From: an uncultured Clostridia bacterium
Lineage (GTDB): Bacteria > Bacillota > Clostridia > TANB77 > CAG-508
Assembly (NCBI GenBank): GCA_934129895.1
Contig: CAKOWY010000003.1
Coordinates: 15,031-79,030, forward strand
Reading direction: 5' to 3'
Length of the DNA: 64,000 nucleotides
The translations under genes and the position numbers were made by a program. This document shows, piece after piece, positions 1 through 10,226 of this stretch; the stretch's first letter is position 1; each line of letters opens with the position of its first letter. The notes below the pieces were generated by a model. It had not been told where the DNA came from, did not search any database, and saw nothing but the letters and a program-made list of their open reading frames with translations.

Positions 1-531
1 TTATCTCCATAAATCTTCATTAATAAATCTGGTCAAAGCCATTATAAATGCGTTTCTAGTTAAATCAATTCTTGTTACTTCATCTTTAGTCAAAAAACTA
101 ATTCCGCCTTTTCCCTTTCCTAATTCTTTACCTTTAAATATTCTATCCATAACTCTTCCAAGTTCTGTTTCTTTTATCTCGTCTATATATTTATCTGGAA
201 TTGGAAATCCTTGACTTGTCCCAAAACTTTGAAAACCATTTATATCCTCTATAATAACCGCATTTATATCTATCCACTCTCCTAAAGAATTAGTTATTCC
301 CGCTTCACTTGCTACATAAAAATCAGCTTGTATATTATTCTTAACCGCATATTTCTTTAAATTTTTTACTCTATTTTTTGCGCCTTGTAATATTTTTTCA
401 TTAACTGGTTGGTTTCCAACCTCTGATTCTACAGATATTCCTTCTATTTCAACATTATCAAAATATTTTTCAAATGCTTGTCTTGCGCCTTCTATTTTTC
501 CAGGATTTTTGGTTCCCATCAATATTTTCAT
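1..531 (-). CDS. non-canonical purine NTP phosphatase (YjjX/DUF84-like inosine/xanthosine triphosphatase)
   Basis: 176-aa ORF with its stop at 1-3. The blocks GTKNPGKI, ESEVGNQP, GAKNR and ADFYVASEAGI occur in the order I recall for E. coli YjjX. RBS AAGGGAG lies upstream of the ATG. Confidence 0.65.
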   Translation of the reverse strand: MKILMGTKNPGKIEGARQAFEKYFDNVEIEGISVESEVGNQPVNEKILQGAKNRVKNLKKYAVKNNIQADFYVASEAGITNSLGEWIDINAVIIEDINGFQSFGTSQGFPIPDKYIDEIKETELGRVMDRIFKGKELGKGKGGISFLTKDEVTRIDLTRNAFIMALTRFINEDLWR

Positions 532-561
532 TTATTTATTCTCCCTTATTATAAAAATTTT

Positions 562-1146
562 CTAAATTAAATTTTTCATACACTTTATGTGTCTATAAAT
601 CTCTCCCCAATTATTAACTTCTTTAATATAGTTATTTTCTTTTAATTTCATTAAATTTGTATCTCTAAAATATAGTGTTTTTATTTTATTATCTGACAAT
701 CTTTTTATAATTCTCCAGTCATCATCAATCATAATATCTATATTTTCATTTTGGCAAATCTGTAATTTATCTTCAACCTTCCAATAATATTTATCAAATT
801 TAATATTATTTTCATCTAATAATCTCATTGCATCATCTTTCATTTCTTCTAAGAATCCACCTCTTGCAGTAATTACTACAAATTCATGCCCCTGTTTTTT
901 TAACAGATTATATACTCCAATAAATCCTGACATTAAATTACTTTCTTTTGAAACTGTCAAGAAATATTTTTTTATAAACTCCTCTTCTTGTTTATCTGTC
1001 CAATTATATCTAGCCTGGAATTTAGGTTCCTCTTTATTTACCAAATTATTTTCTTTCAAAACATCTATATCAAAAATTTCTTCATAAGTTCTAAATGTAG
1101 TTTCACTATCTATTACAACTCCATCTAAATCTATTCCTATTTTCAT
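562..1146 (-). CDS. HAD-superfamily 5'(3')-deoxyribonucleotidase-like phosphatase
   Basis: HAD motif I 'IGIDLDGVVID' and a late 'MIDDD' motif. Start moved to the internal ATG (MKIGIDLDG) because it is preceded by GGAGAG; the ORF-track start at 1173 has no RBS. Confidence 0.55.
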   Translation of the reverse strand: MKIGIDLDGVVIDSETTFRTYEEIFDIDVLKENNLVNKEEPKFQARYNWTDKQEEEFIKKYFLTVSKESNLMSGFIGVYNLLKKQGHEFVVITARGGFLEEMKDDAMRLLDENNIKFDKYYWKVEDKLQICQNENIDIMIDDDWRIIKRLSDNKIKTLYFRDTNLMKLKENNYIKEVNNWGEIYRHIKCMKNLI

Positions 1147-1526
1147 TACTCTCTCCATTCTTACAAAATTCAATACTTATTCTACATATCATTTTTATTT
1201 ATATGACTTAAGAAAATCTTCTAATTCATTTTCAAATATTGATTCAAAAATATTATATAATGTCACTTTTAGTCCAAGTGCTTCAAATTTTCTTCTGGAG
1301 TTTGATTTTGATTATCATATCCCAAATCATCTTCATTATATTGTAATTTTTTTACCAATTGTATCATTAATCATAAAATCTATCAATCTTTATATCAAAT
1401 TTTGCATATTTAATTTTTTTCTTTTCAAAAATGTTTTTACAAAAAAATAAATTCCACTGAAAAAGTAGAATTTATCTTTTCTTATTAATTTTACTATATA
1501 TCAATTATTATAAACTAATCTATTTT

Positions 1527-2981
1527 TTAATCTTCTATTTTTACATAATAAGTTGCCTCATAAGTTCCTGTATTAAGAACTTGTGCTTCTATTCCTTCAG
1601 CTCCATGATCTATTACTATCCATACATAAGTCCAAGTTGTTCCTTCTGGTATATTTGTATCGCTTCTATCTACACCACCAGAAACAATTTTAGTTGGTGT
1701 ACAAACTACCGTATATACATCATTTGCGGTTATTGTTCCATATGCACTAGAAATTAGTGAATCTAATTTACTTTCATCAATACCAGCTACTTTCAATCCT
1801 TCTTTACCAGTATATATTTTAGTTGTTCCATACCAATAATTGTCATTTAAGTTATTAATAGATTTAAACCACAAAAATTGTCCATTTCTAAATTTCCAGT
1901 AAATTTCTGAATCATTTAGAACTCTCCAACCTCCGTTGATTGAGTTAATCTTACCCAAATTACCTTTTCTTAACTCTGAATATCTATTCCAGTTACTTAA
2001 AGAATCCAAGTAATCATACATCAAATCAGTATCATCATAAGTTCCATTTGAATCACTATCTTGTTTTGTAGATGTTTGATCATAAATATTGATATTTTTT
2101 AACAATTCTAATGATTTTTCATCATTATCTTCTACATTTTCAACTGCATTAGACATAAATGACAACACTGCATTCTTTTCTGGAGATACAAGTAAAATAA
2201 ATTTTCCTCTAATCTGTGTTGTTGAAGCACCATTCGTATATGTAGCATAATAAATATCATCAGTTAATTTACTAAATCCATTACTTCCAGAGAAAATTTT
2301 TAATCCATTCCCATCGCTACTTCCAGTATTCCAATAATCATAAAATGCTTGATATAATCTTTTTTTCCCAGAATTTGTATCAAAATTAACAGAAAAATCA
2401 GATAATGCACTCTTTCCTATAGGTGCTAAAAATGATTTTTCAGTTTTATATTGAAAAGCCTCATTTCCACCAGATAAAGTTGTTATTGACCAATCCTTAT
2501 CATAATTTAAAGTATATCCATCTCCATAATATGTTTTACTACTTGGTATTAATGTTGTAACAAAAATAGAAATAGCAATAAATATACCTGTAAACACAAG
2601 ACCTATAATACTAAAAGCTTTACCAGCTTTTCCTACACTACTTTTCGACTTACTCTTAATTCCTAATATCAATCCTGCAATACCTGTTGGTATAGATACT
2701 ATAAATACTAAAGATGTAAAAAAAGAAATTATACCTAAAATTAAAGAAAATACACCTAAATTATTATTCCCAGAATCTTTAGTTTGTTGTTGATCACTAA
2801 ATGTATTCTGTTTTTCAATATTCATTTCAATTGCTTTACAATTCGTTTCTTGAGAATGTTGTGAATCACTGTTTTCTTTTATATTTACAAAACTATTTTT
2901 TTCTAATCCCTCCCCACTTTTTTCACGATAATCATTATTTGTGTTATTTTTTGTTTCATCATTTGAACAATTCATAAACAA
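1527..2981 (-). CDS. membrane protein, unknown function
   Basis: 484-aa ORF. It has a low-complexity N/S/Q-rich N-terminus, two hydrophobic helices (FSLILGIISFFTSLVFIVSIPTGIAGLILGI; FSIIGLVFTGIFIAISIFVTTLI), then a ~330-aa probably external domain. No family recognised. Confidence 0.45.
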   Translation of the reverse strand: MFMNCSNDETKNNTNNDYREKSGEGLEKNSFVNIKENSDSQHSQETNCKAIEMNIEKQNTFSDQQQTKDSGNNNLGVFSLILGIISFFTSLVFIVSIPTGIAGLILGIKSKSKSSVGKAGKAFSIIGLVFTGIFIAISIFVTTLIPSSKTYYGDGYTLNYDKDWSITTLSGGNEAFQYKTEKSFLAPIGKSALSDFSVNFDTNSGKKRLYQAFYDYWNTGSSDGNGLKIFSGSNGFSKLTDDIYYATYTNGASTTQIRGKFILLVSPEKNAVLSFMSNAVENVEDNDEKSLELLKNINIYDQTSTKQDSDSNGTYDDTDLMYDYLDSLSNWNRYSELRKGNLGKINSINGGWRVLNDSEIYWKFRNGQFLWFKSINNLNDNYWYGTTKIYTGKEGLKVAGIDESKLDSLISSAYGTITANDVYTVVCTPTKIVSGGVDRSDTNIPEGTTWTYVWIVIDHGAEGIEAQVLNTGTYEATYYVKIED

Positions 2982-3122
2982 ATTCTCCCCCTTTCTTTAG
3001 TATTAATTATAACATAAAATTTAGCATTTCAAGTATTGTTTAAAAAAATTTATATTATCAAAATCTTCTAAACATTAGTATTTTATTTTTCAATATTTTT
3101 TCGGTCTAGTACTGTTATGCAC

Positions 3123-4238
3123 TCAACATGTCCGCGTGAAAGGAAACATATCAACAGGTTGAACAACTTTAATATCATAATCCTTTTCAAGTAAAAGCAA
3201 ATTATCAACTAAAGTATCTGGATTACAGCTAATATAAACAAGCTTTTTTGGTCTTACTTTAAGAATAGTTTTAATTGTTTTTCCGTCTAATCCGCTTCTA
3301 GGTGGGTCAACAAAAACCACATCTGCTTTTTCTTTACTACATAATCTAGGTAGCAATTCTTCAACTTTTCCATCCATAAAAGATGTGTTTGTAATATTAT
3401 TCATTCTTGCATTTGCCCTTGCATCAATCACTGCCTCTTTTACTATTTCTATTCCATAAACCTTTTTAACTTTTGAAGAAACACTTAAAGATATAGTTCC
3501 AATTCCAGAATATAAATCATATACAACTTCATTTCCTGTAAGTTTTGCAAAATCAATAGCTGTATCATATAAAATTTTCATTTGAATAGGATTAACTTGA
3601 TAAAAAGATAATGGTGAAATTTTTATTTTTAAATTTCCGAGTTTGTCCATTATAAAATCTGTTCCATACATTTTAAAATTTTTATTTCCTAATATTGCAT
3701 TTGTTTCTTTTACATTAATATTTTGAATAATAGATTTTATATCTTTAAATTTGGTAGTTAAATCTTTTACAATCTCATTTTTTTTATACATTTTTCCATC
3801 TGTAGTAACAAATATAACCATTACTTCATCAGTAAAAAATCCATATCTAATTATAACATGTCTTAAAAATCCTTTTCCTGTATCTTCATTATAAATACTA
3901 ATATGATATTTTTTTACAAGCTCAAATATGTAATCTGCAACTTGATTTATTTTTTCATTCTGTATTGCACATTTTGCATATACAATTTTATGAGTTCCCT
4001 CTTCAAAAAAACCCATCTTTCCATTTTTAAAAGCATATTTTCCTTTATTTCTGTAATTGTATGGATTTTCCATTCCAATACAATAATTTACTTTTATATT
4101 TTGTTTTAACTTTTTTAATTGTTTTTCTACATATTCAGTTTTTGTTCTCAATTGTTGTGCATATTGCATTTTTCCATATACACAACCTCCACATTTTTCT
4201 TGAATTTCACAATTCATTTTCTCACATCCTATAACCAT
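3123..4238 (-). CDS. RNA (uracil-5)-methyltransferase, RumA/RlmCD family (3' end apparently frameshifted)
   Basis: N-terminal Cys cluster CEIQEKCGGC, SAM-MTase core 'VYDLYSGIGTISL', 'VDPPRSG', and C-terminal 'VDMFPFT'. The conserved HVEC... tail continues in another frame (see findings). Confidence 0.8.
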   Translation of the reverse strand: MVIGCEKMNCEIQEKCGGCVYGKMQYAQQLRTKTEYVEKQLKKLKQNIKVNYCIGMENPYNYRNKGKYAFKNGKMGFFEEGTHKIVYAKCAIQNEKINQVADYIFELVKKYHISIYNEDTGKGFLRHVIIRYGFFTDEVMVIFVTTDGKMYKKNEIVKDLTTKFKDIKSIIQNINVKETNAILGNKNFKMYGTDFIMDKLGNLKIKISPLSFYQVNPIQMKILYDTAIDFAKLTGNEVVYDLYSGIGTISLSVSSKVKKVYGIEIVKEAVIDARANARMNNITNTSFMDGKVEELLPRLCSKEKADVVFVDPPRSGLDGKTIKTILKVRPKKLVYISCNPDTLVDNLLLLEKDYDIKVVQPVDMFPFTRTC

Positions 4239-4390
4239 TTACTCTATTGATATATTATTATAAAACCCAAAACTTGTCAATCTTGTTTTACTATAATCAG
4301 TTTATAATACTGTTTTTTATTTTGGAATCCTTGTATTAAATTTTATATTATGCTATATTAATAATATCGAATTATAAAGGAGATTTACTT

Positions 4391-5539
4391 ATGAAAAAAA
4401 CAAAATATTCAACAGCTGAATATAAAGCTGAATTAACACCACCAATAATAATTGCAGGAATTATAATTTATGGAATTTTTCTGGTTTTACCAACTTGTTT
4501 TTTAATATATTATTTAATAGCTCGTCCAAATCTTAAAGACATCATCACACCTGCTTTTGAAGCTGGTATTTTACCATTTCTTCCACTTGTTTTTTGTGGA
4601 TATGTAATATGGGTTTTTATAATACTTCTTTCTTTAATAGGAAAATGTATGGGAAAATTAAAATTATTATTTAACCGTATATCTTCAGTTAATAAAAATC
4701 CATATATTTATTTTAGAGAATTACCAAATAACTTCGGAATAGGTGTAACTTCATTACTTTTTGACTCAACACTAGAAAATGAAAAAGATATTGTTGCTGT
4801 TATCCTTGATTTATGTGCCAGAAAATATCTCTCACTAGAATATACTAACAATAAATATGTTATACATATATTAGAAAAAAATCCTACAGATTTATTAAGT
4901 AATGAAAATTATATTTTCAATTTACTTAAAGAAAATAATATAAAAAAATTAAATTACAAAACCTGGTATAACTATTGTCTTGAAGATGGAATAAATTTTG
5001 GATTATATAATCCAAGTGTCGATGATACTTCAAAAAATAAAAGCAAAGATATGCATAACTTCTATAAATGGCTATATGGCATTATTTATGCTATTTGTGT
5101 TGCCGTTATTGCAGTTATACTTTATCATTACTCACCTTTTTTAGCAATTTTAGCAGGTCCAATTGGAATAGTATTAGAAAAAATAATTAGTTTAATTTTT
5201 TATATTATTCAAGGAATATTTCAAATTATATTTGAATCCAAAAACACTATTGTAAAACAATATAATAAAGAACTTTCAAAAACTCTAACACTTACTTCAA
5301 ATGGTATTAATGAATTAAACAAGTTAAAAGCTTTTAAGGCTTTTATAAATGATTTTGGAAATTTTGCTAATAAATATCCAGATGAAATTGTTCTATGGGA
5401 TAGATATTTATCTTATGCACAAGTCTTTGGATTAACTAAAGAGATAATGAAAACAGGATATTCACAACTAGTAAAAAATTCATCATTTCAAATTGATGAT
5501 ATTAATAATATAAATTTTGATAATATAGAAATTTCTTAA
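4391..5539 (+). CDS. DUF2207-like membrane protein
   Basis: 382-aa ORF with RBS AAGGAG. It has several TM helices and the C-terminal 'VLWDRYLSYAQVFGLTKE' block typical of DUF2207. Paralogous in layout to 15335-16549. Confidence 0.5.
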   Translation: MKKTKYSTAEYKAELTPPIIIAGIIIYGIFLVLPTCFLIYYLIARPNLKDIITPAFEAGILPFLPLVFCGYVIWVFIILLSLIGKCMGKLKLLFNRISSVNKNPYIYFRELPNNFGIGVTSLLFDSTLENEKDIVAVILDLCARKYLSLEYTNNKYVIHILEKNPTDLLSNENYIFNLLKENNIKKLNYKTWYNYCLEDGINFGLYNPSVDDTSKNKSKDMHNFYKWLYGIIYAICVAVIAVILYHYSPFLAILAGPIGIVLEKIISLIFYIIQGIFQIIFESKNTIVKQYNKELSKTLTLTSNGINELNKLKAFKAFINDFGNFANKYPDEIVLWDRYLSYAQVFGLTKEIMKTGYSQLVKNSSFQIDDINNINFDNIEIS

Positions 5540-5597
5540 AAAATAAATTCTATAATAAATGTTAATTTAACTATATTAACATTTATTATAGAATTTT

Positions 5598-7295
5598 TTA
5601 TCTTTCTTCTTTCTCACCTAATGTTTTATTAATAATACTTTCTTCATTAAAATAGCCTGCTTCATTATATTCTACAATCAAGCCTCTCCTAAAATTTGTT
5701 GCATATATATTATTGTGTGAAGTTGTTGGTTTACTAATATCACTTTTTTCTTCAACTTTAATTTCATACTTTCTTGAACTCAAAAACTTCTTTCCAAATT
5801 TCAATTTTTTTAAGTTTGGATTTATATATTTTCTTCCATTAACCAAAACATAATATTCTATGTTTCCACTATCATCTCTTTCTTTTCTTATATCTTTTCT
5901 ACTTATTACCTTTCCACAATTACAATACACACCTAATTCTTTCTCTAATTTTGTATATTGATCCAATGTCAATCTTCTACCTAATAATAATTCACTTACT
6001 TTTTTATTGATATTTACAGTAGTATAACGATTACGATAATCTTGCAAAAATAATTTCATATCAATCTTCTTTTGCCCATTTATTTTTTGTGCTATTTTTT
6101 CAAGTATACTTTTTTCTTCTTCCAATTGTATTTTCTTTATTGATTCTTCAAGTTTTTTTATAAATGCTCTATACCCACTATCATCAATTATACTAAATTT
6201 ATATATTAAATCATAATAAACGTCAAAAACTTTTTTCTTTTCCCATTTATCTATATTAGGTAGATTTTGTTTTGCATATTGAATAATTACTTTACTAACC
6301 AAACTATTTAATTTTTCATACTCGGCTTTTCCAATAAATTCAATAAATATATTTTTATCAGTACTGGCACATTCCAAATAATCTCGTATTAATTTTTCAC
6401 ATTTTAATGCTTTTTTTAAGGTTCCATCTTTATTATAATTTTCTTCAAAATATGGGATGATAAGTCTAATAATTAATTTAGTTTGAATATCAAACATTGT
6501 ATTCCTTATCTCATCATTTATATATTTTCCTTCTTCTTTATTAAACCTTTCCAATTTTTTATAGCCATCATCAAGTTCTAGTAAATTATCTTCAAAATTT
6601 TCTTTTAATGAATCAAGAAAACCTAGATAGTCCATTTGGTCACAAAAATTTCTAAATTCATTTTCACTCATATTCAATGCTTTATACATTTCCTCTGGTT
6701 TTCTATTTACTATCTCTAGAATTTTTCTTGCCCCTATAATATTTTCTATCTGTTCTACTACATTAACTTCCATATCATAAGTTGAACTTGAAGATACAGT
6801 TTGCATTTTTATCCATTCAGTTATTCCTTCATTTAATGCTGTACCAAAACATTTATTATCAGACCAATCATCTTGTATTTTTTTCAAATCTCTTATGTGT
6901 TCTAATATTGATTTTGAAGACTTATATCTCGCTTTTCTAAATCTTGCAAAGCCCTTTATATTTACCCTTTTTCTTTCTTTATCAATTCCGGTGTCAGTAT
7001 CATTTTTTCTAAATAAAGCATGTATTCCTTCATGTGCCAATACTCCAACTGTATCTTGTTCTTTTTTTATATCTTCAAGGCTTATTCCTTCACCCATATT
7101 CATTAAAGATATTGTTTTTTCTGAAGTATCATATTCTCCATCAAAATCTTCTGCTGTTCCTCCAGCTATTATTGTTGAAATATTATTTTCTAATATCCTA
7201 TACATTTCCTCTTCCGGAATTTCATCTGCTAATTCTGGAAACTTTCTATAACATTCTTCTATTAAAAATTTTATTGTTGATATCTTATCTATCAT
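5598..7295 (-). CDS. hypothetical protein with N-terminal gluzincin-like HExxH metallopeptidase motif
   Basis: 565-aa ORF with 'VLAHEGIHALF' (HExxH) followed ~65 aa later by 'ALNEGITEWI'. The rest is a long helical K/E-rich region. No signal peptide or TM seen. Confidence 0.45.
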   Translation of the reverse strand: MIDKISTIKFLIEECYRKFPELADEIPEEEMYRILENNISTIIAGGTAEDFDGEYDTSEKTISLMNMGEGISLEDIKKEQDTVGVLAHEGIHALFRKNDTDTGIDKERKRVNIKGFARFRKARYKSSKSILEHIRDLKKIQDDWSDNKCFGTALNEGITEWIKMQTVSSSSTYDMEVNVVEQIENIIGARKILEIVNRKPEEMYKALNMSENEFRNFCDQMDYLGFLDSLKENFEDNLLELDDGYKKLERFNKEEGKYINDEIRNTMFDIQTKLIIRLIIPYFEENYNKDGTLKKALKCEKLIRDYLECASTDKNIFIEFIGKAEYEKLNSLVSKVIIQYAKQNLPNIDKWEKKKVFDVYYDLIYKFSIIDDSGYRAFIKKLEESIKKIQLEEEKSILEKIAQKINGQKKIDMKLFLQDYRNRYTTVNINKKVSELLLGRRLTLDQYTKLEKELGVYCNCGKVISRKDIRKERDDSGNIEYYVLVNGRKYINPNLKKLKFGKKFLSSRKYEIKVEEKSDISKPTTSHNNIYATNFRRGLIVEYNEAGYFNEESIINKTLGEKEER

Positions 7296-7322
7296 TTATT
7301 TCTATCACATCCCATAAGTTGT

Positions 7323-8264
7323 TTATTTTTTCTCTTTATTTCTCTTATCTTGAATTATAGCCATTTCCTTTTCTGTAATTAGTGTTACATTATTTTCTTT
7401 TGCCCATGCAACACAACCTTTTAATACAGTATTTAAAAACACTCTTGGAACTTTTATTAATTTTGCACATGCTTCATCTGTAAATTTTATTTCTGGATCA
7501 ATTCTTGATGCAGCATATTTTACTGTATCTAAACTTATTCCTTTACTTGCCGGAATTGGTTCTGACACAGGCCTTTTAAATCTTGTATACCAGAAGTTTT
7601 TATTATCACGATATCCATAATCTACTGGAACCTGTGGAAATACGTTTGCATTCACTCCATTTATTATTGCATCATAATATTTTGGTTTCATTAATATATT
7701 ATCTACTTTTAATATAAAATGTGCTCCAAATTGGCTTGTTATTCCATTGAATTGATGATATGGTGGTAAATATTCATCTTGTACTTTATCATTTTCAGCT
7801 CCATCTAATTCTCTTACCCATGTACATTCAAATACTTGGAATGCTTCTTGGATTATTTTTGGATATTGTTCATTAGGATTTTCTCTTGCTCTTTTTCCAT
7901 CAACTAAATTAAAAATACAGTCTTTCATTTTCTCTTCAGTTGTTTCTCCTGGATATCCTAATCTTACTGCTTCTTTAAAGTATTTTCTTTTATCTGTTAT
8001 AAAATTAATTGTACATTTTCCTGTTCTTAATATATTTTTAGCTGTATTTGAACTGTTTCTGCAACAAAGTATCATTGCATAATAGTCCTTTCCTGCTATG
8101 TAATACGGAAAACATAGTGAATATGATCCCAAATTTGTTAATCCTGATTCACTTAATGTTCCTATTTCTGTTGTTGGCATTGGAAAAAAACTTGATGTTT
8201 GATAAAAATTATCAACTATTCTCAAATCTTTAAATCCATTCAATTCTTCGATTTTCTTTTCCAT
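7323..8264 (-). CDS. flavin-reductase-like domain protein with C-terminal PCP-reductase-like helical domain
   Basis: The N-terminal 'FFPMPTTEIGTLSESG...CTINFI' pattern resembles FMN-binding split-barrel flavin reductases. The C-terminal 'FTDEACAKLIKVPRVFLNTVLKGCVAWAKENNVTLITEKEM' resembles the protochlorophyllide-reductase C-terminal (PCP_red) motif. Called from memory only. Confidence 0.4.
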   Translation of the reverse strand: MEKKIEELNGFKDLRIVDNFYQTSSFFPMPTTEIGTLSESGLTNLGSYSLCFPYYIAGKDYYAMILCCRNSSNTAKNILRTGKCTINFITDKRKYFKEAVRLGYPGETTEEKMKDCIFNLVDGKRARENPNEQYPKIIQEAFQVFECTWVRELDGAENDKVQDEYLPPYHQFNGITSQFGAHFILKVDNILMKPKYYDAIINGVNANVFPQVPVDYGYRDNKNFWYTRFKRPVSEPIPASKGISLDTVKYAASRIDPEIKFTDEACAKLIKVPRVFLNTVLKGCVAWAKENNVTLITEKEMAIIQDKRNKEKK

Positions 8265-8322
8265 TGTATTTCTTCCTTTCTTTTTCTAATCTTATGTTTA
8301 TAATGATATATTTTTATAAAAA

Positions 8323-9366
8323 TTAAAAATTGTCAAAATCCAAATATGCATATTTAGGAGTTTTGTATTCTAGTGCCTTTTTTATTTCTTCTTTGGCAAC
8401 TTCAGATATTTCGCTTACCCTTTTTCCATTTACTAATGGATTTATATATCTTATTTTAGCATTAATACTCACACAGTATTTATTTTTAACTCCTTTATCG
8501 CTTTCTTTTATTTCACAGGCATTTTTCCAGAAATTAAATTTTTTTGAAATATTATCATAAGTACAATTTTCAATTTTTTCTATTACTTCTTTTTCTGATA
8601 ATTCATATAATTCTTTTTTAGTTATTAGTTTTTGATTAGACATATTTTTCATTATATCAGCTAAAAATTGCATTGAAAATTTCGTTTTATTATCTATATA
8701 AGAATTGGATAATATTCTCATTCCATTTACAAATTTTTCAGCAATTGTTTTATCCTTAAAACCAAGTTCATCAATTCCTTGCTCATTTTTTTGTACTTCT
8801 ATATTATCATAAATTTCTTTTATATCGTTTAAATTCCATACTTTTTTTCTGACGCCAAATCCATTTGATAATGTATATTCCAATCTATCTGCTGACAACA
8901 TTGGAGTATCATTATCTGCAATTGGATATATATGATAATCATTAACTTCTTCTATTTTTATTCCATCTCTTTTTAACAATGACATTATTTCTTGAGACTC
9001 ACTTATTATTTGTGTTGTAAGCTCTTCTGTTGATTCCTGCTTTTTATAATCTCCATTCATAAAGTCTATGCTATGTTTAAATACTGGTGTTGCTATATCA
9101 TGAAATAATCCTGCAAGAGTTTGTTTTTTGTCTTTTGTAAAATTCCATACAATTAAACTCACAGCTACACTGTGATCTAAACCAGAATACCATATCATTT
9201 TATCAAATAACTTTGTATAATATGTACCACATGTTACACTTATTCCAGCCTGTTTTTGCATTTCTTTTGTATTTATGTAATCATCTAAAAAATCAGGAAT
9301 TTCACTTGATAATATTTTAAAATATTCTTTAATTTGGCCATCTAAATTTTTAAAATAATCATTCAT
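8323..9366 (-). CDS. HD-domain phosphohydrolase
   Basis: 347-aa ORF with 'LDHSVAVS' and 'GLFHDIATPVFKH' (H...HD metal ligands). Confidence 0.6.
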   Translation of the reverse strand: MNDYFKNLDGQIKEYFKILSSEIPDFLDDYINTKEMQKQAGISVTCGTYYTKLFDKMIWYSGLDHSVAVSLIVWNFTKDKKQTLAGLFHDIATPVFKHSIDFMNGDYKKQESTEELTTQIISESQEIMSLLKRDGIKIEEVNDYHIYPIADNDTPMLSADRLEYTLSNGFGVRKKVWNLNDIKEIYDNIEVQKNEQGIDELGFKDKTIAEKFVNGMRILSNSYIDNKTKFSMQFLADIMKNMSNQKLITKKELYELSEKEVIEKIENCTYDNISKKFNFWKNACEIKESDKGVKNKYCVSINAKIRYINPLVNGKRVSEISEVAKEEIKKALEYKTPKYAYLDFDNF

Positions 9367-9500
9367 TATACATATTATTCCTTTCTAATTTTTGTTTTAA
9401 TTTTATCATAACAGAATTAAGTTTACAAGCAATTAACTTGCACTTTTAGACTTAAAATGTTATAATATCCACATATTATTTACAAGAAAGGAATTTAATT

Positions 9501-10082
9501 ATGATAATAAAAAATCCACGTTTTGAAGTTTCTGCTGTAAAAGAAAGTCAATATCCCAAAAATGGTCTACCAGAAGTTGTTTTAGTTGGAAAATCTAATG
9601 TTGGAAAATCTAGCTTTGTTAATACAATGATCAATAGAAGAAAACTAGCTCGTACAAGTAGTGAACCTGGTAAAACCCGTCAACTAAATTTTTATAATAT
9701 GGATGACAAATTTTATTTTGTTGACTTACCTGGTTATGGTTATAGTAAAATGTCAAAACAAGAACAAATAAAAGTTGGAGAATTTATTGAAAGTTATTTA
9801 AAACATCGTAAAGAAATTTGTTTAATTATATTTTTAGTTGATATTAGACATGATCCTACTTCAAATGATTTCTTAATGTATGATTATGTCATTAGAAGTG
9901 GTCTTCCTTGTATGATTTTAACAAATAAAGCTGATAAAATTGCCAAAACAAAAGTTAATGATGCATCTAAAAATATTCAAAATCAACTAAACCCTATTGG
10001 GGACATTACAACTCTTCCTTTCTCTTCTGAAAAGAAAATTTATTGTGAAGATGTTTGGAATATAATTGAATCTTATATTTAA
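9501..10082 (+). CDS. engB: ribosome-biogenesis GTPase YsxC/EngB
   Basis: G1 'GKSNVGKSS', G3 'DLPGYG', G4 'TNKADK'. RBS AAAGGAA. A TTGCAC-17-TATAAT promoter lies upstream (9450-9480). Confidence 0.85.
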   Translation: MIIKNPRFEVSAVKESQYPKNGLPEVVLVGKSNVGKSSFVNTMINRRKLARTSSEPGKTRQLNFYNMDDKFYFVDLPGYGYSKMSKQEQIKVGEFIESYLKHRKEICLIIFLVDIRHDPTSNDFLMYDYVIRSGLPCMILTNKADKIAKTKVNDASKNIQNQLNPIGDITTLPFSSEKKIYCEDVWNIIESYI

Positions 10083-10103
10083 ACTATTTGTCTTAATAAA
10101 AAT

Positions 10104-10132
10104 TTGACATTATTGGTAAATTTTGGTATAAT
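10104..10132 (+). promoter_or_regulatory. near-consensus sigma-A promoter (TTGACA-17-TATAAT with TGn extension)
   Basis: TTGACA at 10104-10109 and TATAAT at 10127-10132, with a 17-nt spacer ending ...TTTTGG. It drives a ~90-nt leader containing the 8-bp inverted repeat AGATGATA...TATCATCT. Confidence 0.6.
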
Positions 10133-10226
10133 ATTTAGATAGATGATATGCTCTGTTCGCACTCCTATCATCTTATGTAAAAAACACATCATACGTAAAA
10201 GGACACTGTCCAAGGAGGAAAAAGAA

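Noticed and set aside
1174-1526. A 350-nt gap with coding-like minus-strand fragments (e.g. 'NEDDLGYDNQNQTPEENLKHLD*' and 'KVTLYNIFESIFENELEDFLKSYK*' in different frames). It may be a decayed small gene.
   Set aside because: There are stops in every frame within ~25 codons, no recognisable motif and no RBS. I cannot distinguish it from chance in AT-rich DNA without homologues.
10143-10226. N-terminal extension of the 104-aa ORF (MICSVRTPIILCKKH...).
   Set aside because: The ATG at 10143 lies ~10 nt after the -10 box and has no RBS. The internal ATG at 10227 has AAGGAGG at ideal spacing.
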